Assembly (NCBI GenBank): GCA_964449965.1
Contig: CAYVEO010000006.1
Coordinates: 308-64,307 of the forward strand
Length of the DNA: 64,000 nucleotides
From: an uncultured Planctomycetia bacterium
Lineage (GTDB): Bacteria > Omnitrophota > Gorgyraeia > CAYVEO01
Direction: 5' to 3'
Shown here: positions 54,683 through 63,666 of the stretch, in pieces
Layout of the letters: each line of letters begins with the position of its first letter
How positions within the stretch are numbered: the first letter of the stretch is position 1
Program-made: the position numbers and the translations under genes
The notes under the pieces: generated by a model
What the model was told of the DNA's origin: nothing
The model's input: only the letters and a program-made list of their open reading frames with translations
Database searches by the model: none

Positions 54683-55987
54683 ATGAGAGAAGATAATAAT
54701 ATAAGAAAGAGACTGGAAAAGTCCGGGGCAAAACTACCGGAAAGAGTTGTCCAGAGAAAACTAAAGAGAGAAATACTCCCGTGGATGGGAAGAGAAGAAA
54801 TAATTGTGCTGACAGGCGCACGCCAGACAGGTAAAAGTGTCCTCATTTACCAGTTAATTTATGATTACCTTATCCCCAAGACAAAGAACATATATTATTT
54901 CAACCTTGATATTCCGCATCATCTTGATTTTATTTCTGATATAGACCATTTGATAAACTTAATAACCGGATCCCGGGGTAAGGTTTATCTGTTCATTGAT
55001 GAAATCCAGCGTTTGAAAGAACCTGGCCTTTTTCTAAAAGGACTTTACGACCTGCACTTGCCGTTAAAGATAGTAGTTTCAGGGTCAAGTTCATTGGAGA
55101 TAAAAAGTAAAATCCATGAGGCGCTCACAGGAAGAAAGATACTCTTTCATTTGAATCCCTTTGACTTTGAAGAACTTTCATGGGTACTGTTTCCAGGAAG
55201 AAACTTTACCGATGTAGCGAAAAATACAACTGATTTTCAGAAGGTTTTATACCATTACCTTACATACGGTAGTTATCCTGCTGTGGCTATGGAAAAAAAT
55301 GAAAGGAAGAAATTACGTCTCCTTGAGGAGATATTCCAGAGTTATTTAGATAAGGATATAAAAGCGTTCCTCAATGTAGAAAACGAAAATGCCTTCCGTA
55401 ATTTAATCAGACTTCTTTCTTCACAAATCGGCAGTTTAATAAATAAAGACGAATTATCCAATACTTTGGGTATCCATAAAAATACCCTGGATAATTATCT
55501 CTTTTTTTTAGAACAAACCTTTGTGCTGGATTTTGTAAGGCCCTTTTATAGGAATCCGAGAAAAGAACTTTTGAAGAATCCTAAGGTTTATTTCCGTGAC
55601 CTTGGAATGAGAAATTACACCATAGGAAGTTTTGGAGATTTTGAATTTCGTCCGGATAAAGGCAGCCTGTTTGAGAATTTTTCTTATCTCTGCCTGAGAG
55701 AAAAATTAAGCCCTTCGGTTCCAATTCATTTTTGGCGGACCAAGGCAGGGGCAGAGGTGGACTTTGTCATACTCCAGGGGCTTAAACCTATCCCCTTTGA
55801 AATTAAATCTACGAAATTGAAACAATTTAATATTACTAAATCACTCCGCAGTTTTTTAAAAATCTATCAATGTCAAAAGGCCTATTGTGTTAATCTATCT
55901 TTAAGTGGTTCTCGCAGACTTGGGAAAACAGAGGTAACTTTTCTTACACCGGCGGTTTTGACCAAAACAAAATTGCAACGTCAGTAA
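54683..55987 (+). CDS. AAA_14/DUF4143 ATP-binding protein
   Basis: GARQTGKS, FIDEIQ, SGSS, LTGR, PKVYF.DLG, EVDF..FEIK. Confidence 0.9.
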   Translation: MREDNNIRKRLEKSGAKLPERVVQRKLKREILPWMGREEIIVLTGARQTGKSVLIYQLIYDYLIPKTKNIYYFNLDIPHHLDFISDIDHLINLITGSRGKVYLFIDEIQRLKEPGLFLKGLYDLHLPLKIVVSGSSSLEIKSKIHEALTGRKILFHLNPFDFEELSWVLFPGRNFTDVAKNTTDFQKVLYHYLTYGSYPAVAMEKNERKKLRLLEEIFQSYLDKDIKAFLNVENENAFRNLIRLLSSQIGSLINKDELSNTLGIHKNTLDNYLFFLEQTFVLDFVRPFYRNPRKELLKNPKVYFRDLGMRNYTIGSFGDFEFRPDKGSLFENFSYLCLREKLSPSVPIHFWRTKAGAEVDFVILQGLKPIPFEIKSTKLKQFNITKSLRSFLKIYQCQKAYCVNLSLSGSRRLGKTEVTFLTPAVLTKTKLQRQ

Positions 55988-56065
55988 ATAAATGATGCCG
56001 CTAAAATATTAGGCATAAGCAGAAAAACCTTGTGGGAAAAGATGAAGTTATATAGATTGGGCTGA
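55988..56065 (+). pseudogene. Fis-type HTH remnant of a sigma54 activator
   Basis: Translates INDAAKILGISRKTLWEKMKLYRLG*; no start; not in the ORF track. Confidence 0.72.
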
Positions 56066-56161
56066 TAGTACAAACACCTCTTTAGAAAAAAATTTACGTC
56101 AGATTAATTCGCTAAAAATTTTTGGCTTGACTTTTGACTCCAAAAGTGGTAAACTTATACT

Positions 56162-56599
56162 ATGAGAGATGATATTATAGAGATTGATTTAGGGGGAATT
56201 TTAGGAGCTGTAGAATCGCCTTCGACACAACAGTTGACTTTATATATTTCCAATAAAGATAAGGATGGTAAAGAGATAAAGCACTTTCGTAGTTGGGTCA
56301 AGGAAGCGCAAAAAGTGCTCACAATTATCGGGAGAGGTTCAACTACGATGCCTCCTGCGGATGGCACTTGGTTAAGTCAAGAGAAAGACATTGATACCAT
56401 TGATGATTTAAATAATGAGGATATACTTTGGGAAAAGACTACATCAATATACACATATATTTATCCAGATAGATTTGAAAAGAATTTAAAATCGCTTAGG
56501 GAATTTCTACATAGATTTGGTCGGGAAACGAATCAAGGAGAAGTGGTATTTGAGTTTTCTGGTGAATTTTTCAGAATTCGTGAATACGATTCAAAATGA
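56162..56599 (+). CDS. Hypothetical protein
   Basis: 145-aa ORF after a TTGACT...TAAACT-like promoter; no family recognised. Confidence 0.65.
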   Translation: MRDDIIEIDLGGILGAVESPSTQQLTLYISNKDKDGKEIKHFRSWVKEAQKVLTIIGRGSTTMPPADGTWLSQEKDIDTIDDLNNEDILWEKTTSIYTYIYPDRFEKNLKSLREFLHRFGRETNQGEVVFEFSGEFFRIREYDSK

Positions 56600-56620
56600 A
56601 AATGAAACTTTGAGAAAGAG

Positions 56621-57010
56621 GTGAGTAAAATGGTAAAGGTAATTAAGAATATAGGACCAACTCAGAGACATATTAATCCTAAAGTTGTTGCTAAGACTTT
56701 GGGTGCAGATAGAATAGGAGTTAAGATAGATACGAGGCAAGGGCCGCTTTCTTTATTCTCTTTGCGGCAGTTTCTTGTAAACCGGTTGCGATCCAGTGGA
56801 GGTAGACCTGCATTGGTAGGGACTACAAAAAGGCGGAATAAAATACCTTTATTTGATGAAGATTGGATTAAACTTGAAATGATTGCTAAATATTACAAGG
56901 AAAAAGAAGGGATTAATGTAAGTCCTGGTCAAATAGCATCTGTTTTAGTTCATACAGATATATCAAAAATGGATACATCAAAGATGGCGTCTGTTTTAAA
57001 GGGTAGATAG
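56621..57010 (+). CDS. Hypothetical basic protein
   Basis: 129-aa ORF co-oriented with the previous gene; LRSSGGRP motif. Confidence 0.6.
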   Translation: MSKMVKVIKNIGPTQRHINPKVVAKTLGADRIGVKIDTRQGPLSLFSLRQFLVNRLRSSGGRPALVGTTKRRNKIPLFDEDWIKLEMIAKYYKEKEGINVSPGQIASVLVHTDISKMDTSKMASVLKGR

Positions 57011-57101
57011 GTTTTAACAAAATCCTTATAATAAACTGTTGGGTAACATCTTCACAGATTTTGTCACGAAAAATACTTGACAAAATTAAAGGATATGCTA
57101 T

Positions 57102-57126
57102 AATGTCCATAGAATTGATAGACATT
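57102..57126. promoter_or_regulatory. Candidate Rrf2 operator, second copy near 57609-57632
   Basis: aatgtccatagaattgatagacatt palindrome overlapping a TTGACA-N16-TATAAT promoter; related atagtctactaattagatagatat before the sigma gene. Confidence 0.6.
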
Positions 57127-57137
57127 GAGGGGAAAGA

Positions 57138-57590
57138 GTGAAGATATCAAAAAAGGGATTATATGCAATAGAGGCATTAATGTATTTGACAGATAATTTT
57201 GAAAAGGGTGTTGTCCCGATTCATGTAATTTCTGAAAACGAGCAAATACCCAAGAAATTTCTGGAACAGATTCTCTTGTTTTTAAAGAATGCGGACATAG
57301 TGGAAAGCGAGAAGGGAAAAGAAGGGGGATACCGTTTGAAAAATCACCCGAAAGAGATATCTTTAGGAAAAGTAATTCGTTTAATTGATGGACCTCTTGC
57401 TCCATTGAGCAATGCAAAATATTTGGAAGAGATGTCGGTAAAAGACGAAAGGCATTGCGGACTTTATCGGCTTTTGTTAGAAGTGAGAAACTGTGCAGCG
57501 AGACTATTGGACCAAACCAATTTTTATGATTTGTGCAGGTTGACAGAAGATATTAGAGAGAAGAGAAAAACAGCACAGCGTGCAAAGTAG
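57138..57590 (+). CDS. Rrf2-family transcriptional regulator (CymR-like, lacks the IscR 3-Cys motif)
   Basis: MKISKKGLYA, IPKKFLEQIL..LK, G.EGGY.L, VIRLIDGPLAP. Confidence 0.9.
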   Translation: MKISKKGLYAIEALMYLTDNFEKGVVPIHVISENEQIPKKFLEQILLFLKNADIVESEKGKEGGYRLKNHPKEISLGKVIRLIDGPLAPLSNAKYLEEMSVKDERHCGLYRLLLEVRNCAARLLDQTNFYDLCRLTEDIREKRKTAQRAK

Positions 57591-57944
57591 ATATTATTTT
57601 TTAAATAATAGTCTACTAATTAGATAGATATTATATAGATTTGGAGAATCAATGGAAAATACACTTATAGATAAAGGCGAAGATAATCAAAAAGGGGAGA
57701 TAAATGTTTTTGATGATGTCCTAAAAAGAATCTCGCCAAAATTAAAAAGGATAACAAAAAAACTTGATGGATATTACTCGTTTATAGATGATGACGATTT
57801 ATTCCAGGAAGCATTGATTTATCTCTGGAATAATTTTAATGCTGGTAAATTAATAGACAAAACAGATGATCTTCCCCCGAAAAAGTGGACACAATGAAGA
57901 GTTAGTGGTATGATAACTACTGGCTCTAAAAGAGGAGGTGTCCA

Positions 57945-58253
57945 ATGGAGGGAGAGAGGGGTAAGCATAAGCGTTTTGACAAAGATTTTAAGCTTTCGGC
58001 GGTAAAGATGATTACCGAAGGTGGCTATAAAGCGTCTGAGGTGGCAAGAAACCTTGATATTCATCCCAGCATGCTTTACAGCTGGAAGCGTAAATATGCC
58101 GATAACGGCGAGAAGGCCTTTCCGGGCAAAGGCCACTTAACAGAGATTGCCGCGCTCCGTAAGAGATTAAGAGAAGCCGAGATGGAGCGTGACATACTAA
58201 AAAAAGCAGTTGGCATATTTTCAAAAACAACGGAGAACGGTTCAGGTTCATAG
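57945..58253 (+). CDS. IS3 transposase OrfA
   Basis: FKLSAVKM...VARNLDI..LYSW; ERDILKKA; slippery A7G at 58199-58206. Confidence 0.93.
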   Translation: MEGERGKHKRFDKDFKLSAVKMITEGGYKASEVARNLDIHPSMLYSWKRKYADNGEKAFPGKGHLTEIAALRKRLREAEMERDILKKAVGIFSKTTENGSGS

Positions 58254-58267
58254 ATAGTCAGCGTTCT

Positions 58268-59113
58268 TTGTTTCCGCTCGGGAAGATGTGCCGGGTGCTG
58301 GAAGTATCGACGAGCGGTTATTACGCTTGGCGGAATAGGTCCAAGAGCCGCCGCGTGATAGATAACGAACGATTGCTCATTGAGATAAGACGTGTGTTTC
58401 TGGAACACAACCAGAATTACGGCAGTCCCAGGATATATCACGCTTTGCATAGGTCAGGCATACCATGTTCAGAGAACCGCATAGCCCGCCTCATGAGGGA
58501 GGATAATCTCGTGGCTGTGCAAAGGCGTAAGTTCCGCGCTACGACGGACTCTAAACATAACTGGCCGGTAGCGCCCAATATCCTGAATCGTGATTTCGTG
58601 ACGGATGCTCCCAGCAGGATATGGCTTACGGATATAACCTATGTCTGGACATGGGAAGGATGGCTGTATCTGGCGTTTGTGCTTGACTTGTATTATAGGG
58701 GCGTGATAGGATTATCAATGGCATCCAGAGTGACGGATGAGCTTACGCAGAAGGCGTTAAAACAGGCACTCTTGCGGCGTAATCCTCCTAATGGGCTAAT
58801 ACATCACTCAGACAGAGGCAGTCAGTATGCCAGCGGAGATTATCAGGAGCTTCTTAAGAAGCATGATATAATCCCGAGCATGAGTCGTAAGGGCGACTGC
58901 TGGGATAACGCCGTTGGAGAGAGTTTCGTGCATACGCTTAAGGTAGAGAAGATCAACCGGTGCCGGTTCAGGACAAGAGAACAGGCGAAGCAGGAGATAT
59001 TTGAATACATTGAGATGTATTATAACCGAAAAAGAGATCATTCGTCATTAGGTTATATGAGCCCTTTTGAGTTCGAAAAACGGCTCTTTACATCTCTACA
59101 AATAGTCCACTAA
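58268..59113 (+). CDS. IS3 transposase OrfB (DDE), expressed by -1 frameshift
   Basis: W.TDITY, HHSDRGSQY, DNAVGESF, YYNRKR.HSSLGY.SP. Confidence 0.94.
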   Translation: MFPLGKMCRVLEVSTSGYYAWRNRSKSRRVIDNERLLIEIRRVFLEHNQNYGSPRIYHALHRSGIPCSENRIARLMREDNLVAVQRRKFRATTDSKHNWPVAPNILNRDFVTDAPSRIWLTDITYVWTWEGWLYLAFVLDLYYRGVIGLSMASRVTDELTQKALKQALLRRNPPNGLIHHSDRGSQYASGDYQELLKKHDIIPSMSRKGDCWDNAVGESFVHTLKVEKINRCRFRTREQAKQEIFEYIEMYYNRKRDHSSLGYMSPFEFEKRLFTSLQIVH

Positions 59114-59534
59114 AAAGGGGAAGGTCAAGATAGTTATATTTTACAGGGGTGTTATTTCCATCTAAAGAACTATTTGCGAAAGGTAAGAGACAAATTTGAG
59201 CGGGTGAGTCTTGATAATTTTATTGATGAAGATGGCAATTTATTTTTAGATGTTTTATCTAATAATAGGCTGGAAAATTTTGATAAGGAAGAAAATGAAA
59301 TATTACAAGATGATAACTTAACTGAAAGAGAGAAAGAGGTCTTGGCATTTTTGTTAGAAGGGTTGACATTAAGGGAGATTGGGGAAAAGATTGGCGTCTC
59401 ACATGTGATGGTCGTTAAAATAAAGAAAACCCTTCGCAGAAAACTTTCTGGTTACCAAAATTAAGTTTTTTATACTTGTAATAGCATAATACCTTATTAC
59501 TTAACGAAGCAGGTATGGGGGATAGGTAGGTAAG

Positions 59535-59648
59535 ATGAAGAAACTAACAAACATAGAAAACCGTGAGTTTGAAGTCCATAACAGAGTTATGATGATGTGT
59601 TGCATGGCAATGTGTTGTCTTTGCGGTAGGGGAGGTCCGCCCATGTAG
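59535..59648 (+). CDS. Met/Cys-rich leader peptide (37 aa)
   Basis: MKKLTNIENREFEVHNRVMMMCCMAMCCLCGRGGPPM*; purine-rich RBS-like sequence upstream; below the ORF-track length cutoff. Confidence 0.78.
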   Translation: MKKLTNIENREFEVHNRVMMMCCMAMCCLCGRGGPPM

Positions 59649-59679
59649 ACATAGTCAAATATAACTCATAGGGCGTGAT

Positions 59680-59722
59680 AACCCACTACCGAAAAAAGAA
59701 TAAAGCGGTAAGTGGGTTTTTT
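59680..59722 (+). terminator. Attenuator terminator hairpin
   Basis: aacccactaccg ... cggtaagtgggtt plus U-tract. The left arm can alternatively pair with cggtagggg (59624-59632) in the leader. Confidence 0.8.
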
Positions 59723-59745
59723 GTTTTTGTAGAAAGGAGAAAAAG

Positions 59746-60876
59746 ATGAAAGGTATTTCAGTTTTGACTTGGTTGTCAGTCAGTATTTTGGTCTTAACGA
59801 CTGCTTCCTGGGCAGCTGAATCTGACGTGGATAAGTTACTTGACCTTCTTGTAGAAAAGGGAGTGGTTAACAAAGATGATGCGGCAGGATTCAGGGCAGA
59901 TTTAGCAGTGAAAAAACAGGGGGAAAAGGAGACACAAAAAGAGTTTAATGTGATTTCAGGTAAGCCGATTAAGATAAGCGGCTATACCCAACTACGTTAC
60001 CAATTTCTTGAAGAGGATAAAAAGATAGATTCATTTGATATCAGAAGGGCAAGACTTGATATCAAGGGCGACGTAACGGAGAGGTTTGACTACCGTCTTC
60101 AGACAGACTTTGCGGGTTCTTCTGCTAAAGTACTTGATGCCACCATTGGCTATAAGTTTAATCCTTATCTGAAATTCACAGGGGGTCAATTTAAGATTCC
60201 ATTCAGCCAGGAGAACCTGATTTCAAGTCCGAAGTTAGAAACGATTAATCGTTCGCAAGTAGTAGAGGCATTGGTAGCACGAGGCAAGGATGTTATAGGT
60301 AACCAGAATGGACGGGATATTGGAATCCAGGTAGGCGGAAGTTCCCTGCAGTCAGGGGATAGATACCTTTTAGATTACGCATTAGGCGTATTTAATGGAG
60401 CAGGTATTAACACTTCAGATACCAATGAACAGAAGGACTTCGTGGGAAGACTGGTTTTTCATCCTTTAAAGGGGCTGGATATAGGTGGTTCTTACTATGA
60501 TGGAAAGGGTATTTGGGGGACGTCTTCAACAGGTCAAAACAGGGATAGAATTGGTGGTGAGTTTGCATATCAATATGAATCCCTGTCCTTGAAGAGTGAA
60601 TATATTACAGGGGAAGATGGAGCAACCGAAAAAGACGGCTGGTATCTGCAGGCTGGTTACTTCTTTATCCCAAAAAAATTACAGGGGGTATTGAAGTATG
60701 ACACCTATGACCCTGATACCAGTGTGGGTAGTGACGTAACTGATGTTTCTACCTTTGGCGTCAACTGGTATTTCAACAAGTGGGCATTCTTGCAGGTGAA
60801 CTATGAATTGAAAGATGAAGAAGGGAAAGAAAAAGACAACAATACCTTGGTTGGGCAGTTGACTTCACAATTCTGA
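59746..60876 (+). CDS. OprO/OprP-like oxyanion-selective porin
   Basis: Signal peptide; LLDLLVEKG; FDIRRARL; GQFKIPFSQE; GRDIG; terminal Phe. Confidence 0.85.
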   Translation: MKGISVLTWLSVSILVLTTASWAAESDVDKLLDLLVEKGVVNKDDAAGFRADLAVKKQGEKETQKEFNVISGKPIKISGYTQLRYQFLEEDKKIDSFDIRRARLDIKGDVTERFDYRLQTDFAGSSAKVLDATIGYKFNPYLKFTGGQFKIPFSQENLISSPKLETINRSQVVEALVARGKDVIGNQNGRDIGIQVGGSSLQSGDRYLLDYALGVFNGAGINTSDTNEQKDFVGRLVFHPLKGLDIGGSYYDGKGIWGTSSTGQNRDRIGGEFAYQYESLSLKSEYITGEDGATEKDGWYLQAGYFFIPKKLQGVLKYDTYDPDTSVGSDVTDVSTFGVNWYFNKWAFLQVNYELKDEEGKEKDNNTLVGQLTSQF

Positions 60877-60880
60877 TAAC

Positions 60881-60916
60881 ACAGATTACACAGATGAAAG
60901 AACAGATTACACAGAT
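60881..60916. repeat. Short direct repeat ACAGATTACACAGAT x2
   Basis: 60881-60895 and 60902-60916 in the intergenic region. Confidence 0.75.
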
Positions 60917-60933
60917 TAAAACTGGAGGATAAG

Positions 60934-61869
60934 ATGAGAAAAATAATCAGTGGTTTGTTGGTAATAAGTTTTTTACTTTTGTTGGTTAATGTAGGAAAAG
61001 CCGAGGAAAGACTTGAGGGCACAGTAACCCTATCAGGTGCATGGGCGATCTATCCTACTGCCGTTGCCTGGGCTGAAGGTTTCCAGAAATTGTATCCGAA
61101 GGTAAAGATTGATGTTTCTGCAGGCGGCGCAGGTAAGGGCGCTGCTGATGCCATTGCAGGATTGGTGGATATTGGGATGGTTTCACGAGACCCGGACCCG
61201 GCAGAGATTAAAAAAGGTATTCTGCCAGTTTACATCCTGCATGATGCAGTTTTTCCGGTAATAAGTGATAAAAATCCGGCTTTAGCCGATTTACTTAAAA
61301 GAGGTGTGAGAAGACAGGCTTGGATTGACGCTTATATTAGCGGCATAACCACTACCTGGGATGGGATAACCGGCGGTAAAGTAAATAAATCCCTTCATGT
61401 CTATACCCGCTCTGACTCTTGCGGTGCAGCAGCGAGTTGGGCGGCATATTTAGGTAAGAAACAAGAAGATTTACGTGGCGTGGGTGTTTATGGGGACCCG
61501 GGGCTACTTGAGGCAGCAAAAAGAGACCCTATAGGCATAGGTTATTCTAACTTTAGTTATGTATTTACTCGCGAAGGAACTGTGGTAAAAGGTGCAAAGT
61601 TAGTTCCTATTGACTCTAATGAAAACGGCATTGCTGACCCGGATGAAATTTACAATGACCGTGAAACAGCAATTAAAGCAATCCGTGCTGGCAGGTATCC
61701 TGCTACAAGAAAGAATTATTTCTTTGTCAAAGGCAAACCCAAAGATTTGGTGAAGGAATTCATTGAGTTTTCACTTTCTGACGAAGGCACTAAAATTGTT
61801 GATGAAGTAGGAACGAGTTTGTCTCTTCCCAAGACAGAAAGAGAAAAGATATTAAAGAGTCTGGAGTAA
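60934..61869 (+). CDS. pstS: Divergent PstS-family substrate-binding protein
   Basis: PstS-type architecture (DIGMVSR, DP.GIGY, G.YP..R) but SGAWAIYP, GGAGKG and RSDSCGA at the ligand loops. Confidence 0.8.
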   Translation: MRKIISGLLVISFLLLLVNVGKAEERLEGTVTLSGAWAIYPTAVAWAEGFQKLYPKVKIDVSAGGAGKGAADAIAGLVDIGMVSRDPDPAEIKKGILPVYILHDAVFPVISDKNPALADLLKRGVRRQAWIDAYISGITTTWDGITGGKVNKSLHVYTRSDSCGAAASWAAYLGKKQEDLRGVGVYGDPGLLEAAKRDPIGIGYSNFSYVFTREGTVVKGAKLVPIDSNENGIADPDEIYNDRETAIKAIRAGRYPATRKNYFFVKGKPKDLVKEFIEFSLSDEGTKIVDEVGTSLSLPKTEREKILKSLE

Positions 61870-61879
61870 GAGGTGTAAT

Positions 61880-62803
61880 TTGGATAAGAGAAATTTCAAA
61901 GATGTTTTTGCAAGAAAGTTGATGTTTCTTCTTTGCGTGTTTGTTTTAAGTCTTGCTTTTCTTATGGCGTTTGGTTTATATCAAAAAGCCAAACCGATAT
62001 TAGCAATCAAATCAGTAAAAGAATTGCTCTTTTCAAGTACGTGGCATCCTACGCAAGGAGAATTTGGGCTGGCAAGTTTTATTACTGGCACACTCTGGGT
62101 TACTGGTATTGCTATGCTCATTGCTGTGCCACTGAGCATTTTGACAGCGCTCTTTCTTTCAGAATATGCGCCTAAGAGAATTCGTGATTTGGTTAAGCCA
62201 ATAATTGATTTACTTGCAGGAATTTCTCCGGTTGTCTATGGTGTCTGGGGAATAATTGCTATTGTGCCATTGGTCAGAGATTATCTTATGCCTTTCTTCA
62301 GTGAAAAGTTGCCATTCTTTCCTTTTGCCTCAGATAATTATACGGGCTTTACTGCTTTAACTGGAGGCATTGTTTTAGCCGTGATGACCTTTCCAATAAT
62401 CATTTCTGTTGTTGAAGAGGTGGTTAGGTCTGTACCTTTTGAGATAAGAGAGGCATCATTGGCTTTGGGTGCAACTAAGTGGCAGACCATAAAACATACA
62501 GTTTTACGAAAGGTTCGGCCAGGCATTATTGCAGCGATAATCCTGGGTTTATCCAGAGCATTCGGTGAAACTATGGCAGTTTTAATGGTTGCGGGTTGCG
62601 ATTTACACGGATTCCCTAAGTCAATCTTTGATACTGCCTACCCATTGCCAGCGCTTATTGCTAATACATATGGAGAGATGATGTCCATACCTTTATATGA
62701 TAGTGCAGTGCTTTTAGCTGCATTGTTCTTATTGATTGTAACAACTTTATTTAATATGCTTGGTTGGGGAATCTTACTTCGCATTGAAAGGGGAGAATCT
62801 TAA
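61880..62803 (+). CDS. pstC: PstC-like ABC permease
   Basis: LLAGISPVVYG, EASLALGATKWQ, SRAFGETMAVLMV. Confidence 0.9.
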   Translation: MDKRNFKDVFARKLMFLLCVFVLSLAFLMAFGLYQKAKPILAIKSVKELLFSSTWHPTQGEFGLASFITGTLWVTGIAMLIAVPLSILTALFLSEYAPKRIRDLVKPIIDLLAGISPVVYGVWGIIAIVPLVRDYLMPFFSEKLPFFPFASDNYTGFTALTGGIVLAVMTFPIIISVVEEVVRSVPFEIREASLALGATKWQTIKHTVLRKVRPGIIAAIILGLSRAFGETMAVLMVAGCDLHGFPKSIFDTAYPLPALIANTYGEMMSIPLYDSAVLLAALFLLIVTTLFNMLGWGILLRIERGES

Positions 62804-62804
62804 T

Positions 62805-63656
62805 ATGGATAAGAGGAAGATAGAAGAAAATATTTTTAAAACTCTGATGATATTCTCTACATCTATAGTTGTAGGGAGTTTAATCCTTATTTTAGTAACC
62901 ATATTCTTAAAAGGCTTTCCCGCCTTAAATTTGGATATGCTTATTAAGACACCTAAAGGTGGTTATTATTTAGGTAAAGAAGGAGGGATACTCAATGCCA
63001 TTTTGGGTTCAATTGTGTTAGGAATAGGGGCTACTCTCTTAGCACTTATGGTTGGTCTTCCCCTGGTTTTTTATTTAAATCTATATTTAAAAAGAAATTC
63101 AAAGTTTGCTTTCTGGGTACGATTTTTTCTGGATGTCCTCTGGGGAATACCTTCTATTGTTTATGGCGCATTTGGTTTTATAGTGATGGTTTTCTTTGGT
63201 CTTAGAGCATCACTTTTAGCTGGAATAATTACAGTAGCATTACTAATACTTCCTCTTATAGCAAGAAGTATAGATGAAGTTTTAAAGATGATTTCACAAG
63301 AATTAAAAGAGGCATCTTATGCCTTAGGTGCAACGAAATTAGAAACTGCAGTCAAGGTAGTTTTTAAGCAGGCGTTACCTGGTATATTGACATCTATATT
63401 AATTGCTTTTGGCCGTGGTGTCGGTGATGCCGCCGCGGTCTTATTTACAGCAAGTTTTACTGATTCTCTGCCATATTCTTTATTTAAGCCAGTGGCGACT
63501 TTACCTTTAGCAATATTTTTTCAATTGGGCACACCATTTCCTGAGGTTCAAGCACGCGGTTATGCCTCAGCCCTGATATTAACAGCACTAATTTTATTTA
63601 TAAGCATATTATCAAGGATTTTGTCCAAAAAATTTACCAAGCATGTAATCAAATAG
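62805..63656 (+). CDS. pstA: PstA-like ABC permease
   Basis: [28 protein letters not shown]; ATG 62805. Confidence 0.88.
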   Translation: MDKRKIEENIFKTLMIFSTSIVVGSLILILVTIFLKGFPALNLDMLIKTPKGGYYLGKEGGILNAILGSIVLGIGATLLALMVGLPLVFYLNLYLKRNSKFAFWVRFFLDVLWGIPSIVYGAFGFIVMVFFGLRASLLAGIITVALLILPLIARSIDEVLKMISQELKEASYALGATKLETAVKVVFKQALPGILTSILIAFGRGVGDAAAVLFTASFTDSLPYSLFKPVATLPLAIFFQLGTPFPEVQARGYASALILTALILFISILSRILSKKFTKHVIK

Positions 63657-63666
63657 GGGGGGCATT

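Larger units (their letters stand above)
57867..59127 (+). mobile_element. IS3-family insertion sequence (1261 bp), 3-bp target duplication AGA
   Basis: IRL tgatcttcccccgaaaaagtggac; IRR gtccactaaaaaggggaaggtca; TG...CA ends; aga at 57864-57866 and 59128-59130. Confidence 0.95.
57652..59464 (+). pseudogene. ECF-like sigma-70 factor interrupted by IS3
   Basis: Region 2 DDLFQEALIYLW upstream of the IS and region 4 LTEREKEVL...GLTLREIGEKIGVS downstream. Removing the IS and one AGA restores ...DKTDSYILQGCYFHLKNYLRK.... Confidence 0.88.

Noticed and set aside
59655-59873. 72-aa minus-strand ORF over the attenuator and porin start
   Set aside because: Antisense to a supported terminator and gene, with no recognisable features.
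61-62526. Numerous short antisense or alternate-frame ORFs in the track
   Set aside because: They are shadows of well-supported genes and have no motifs or RBS.
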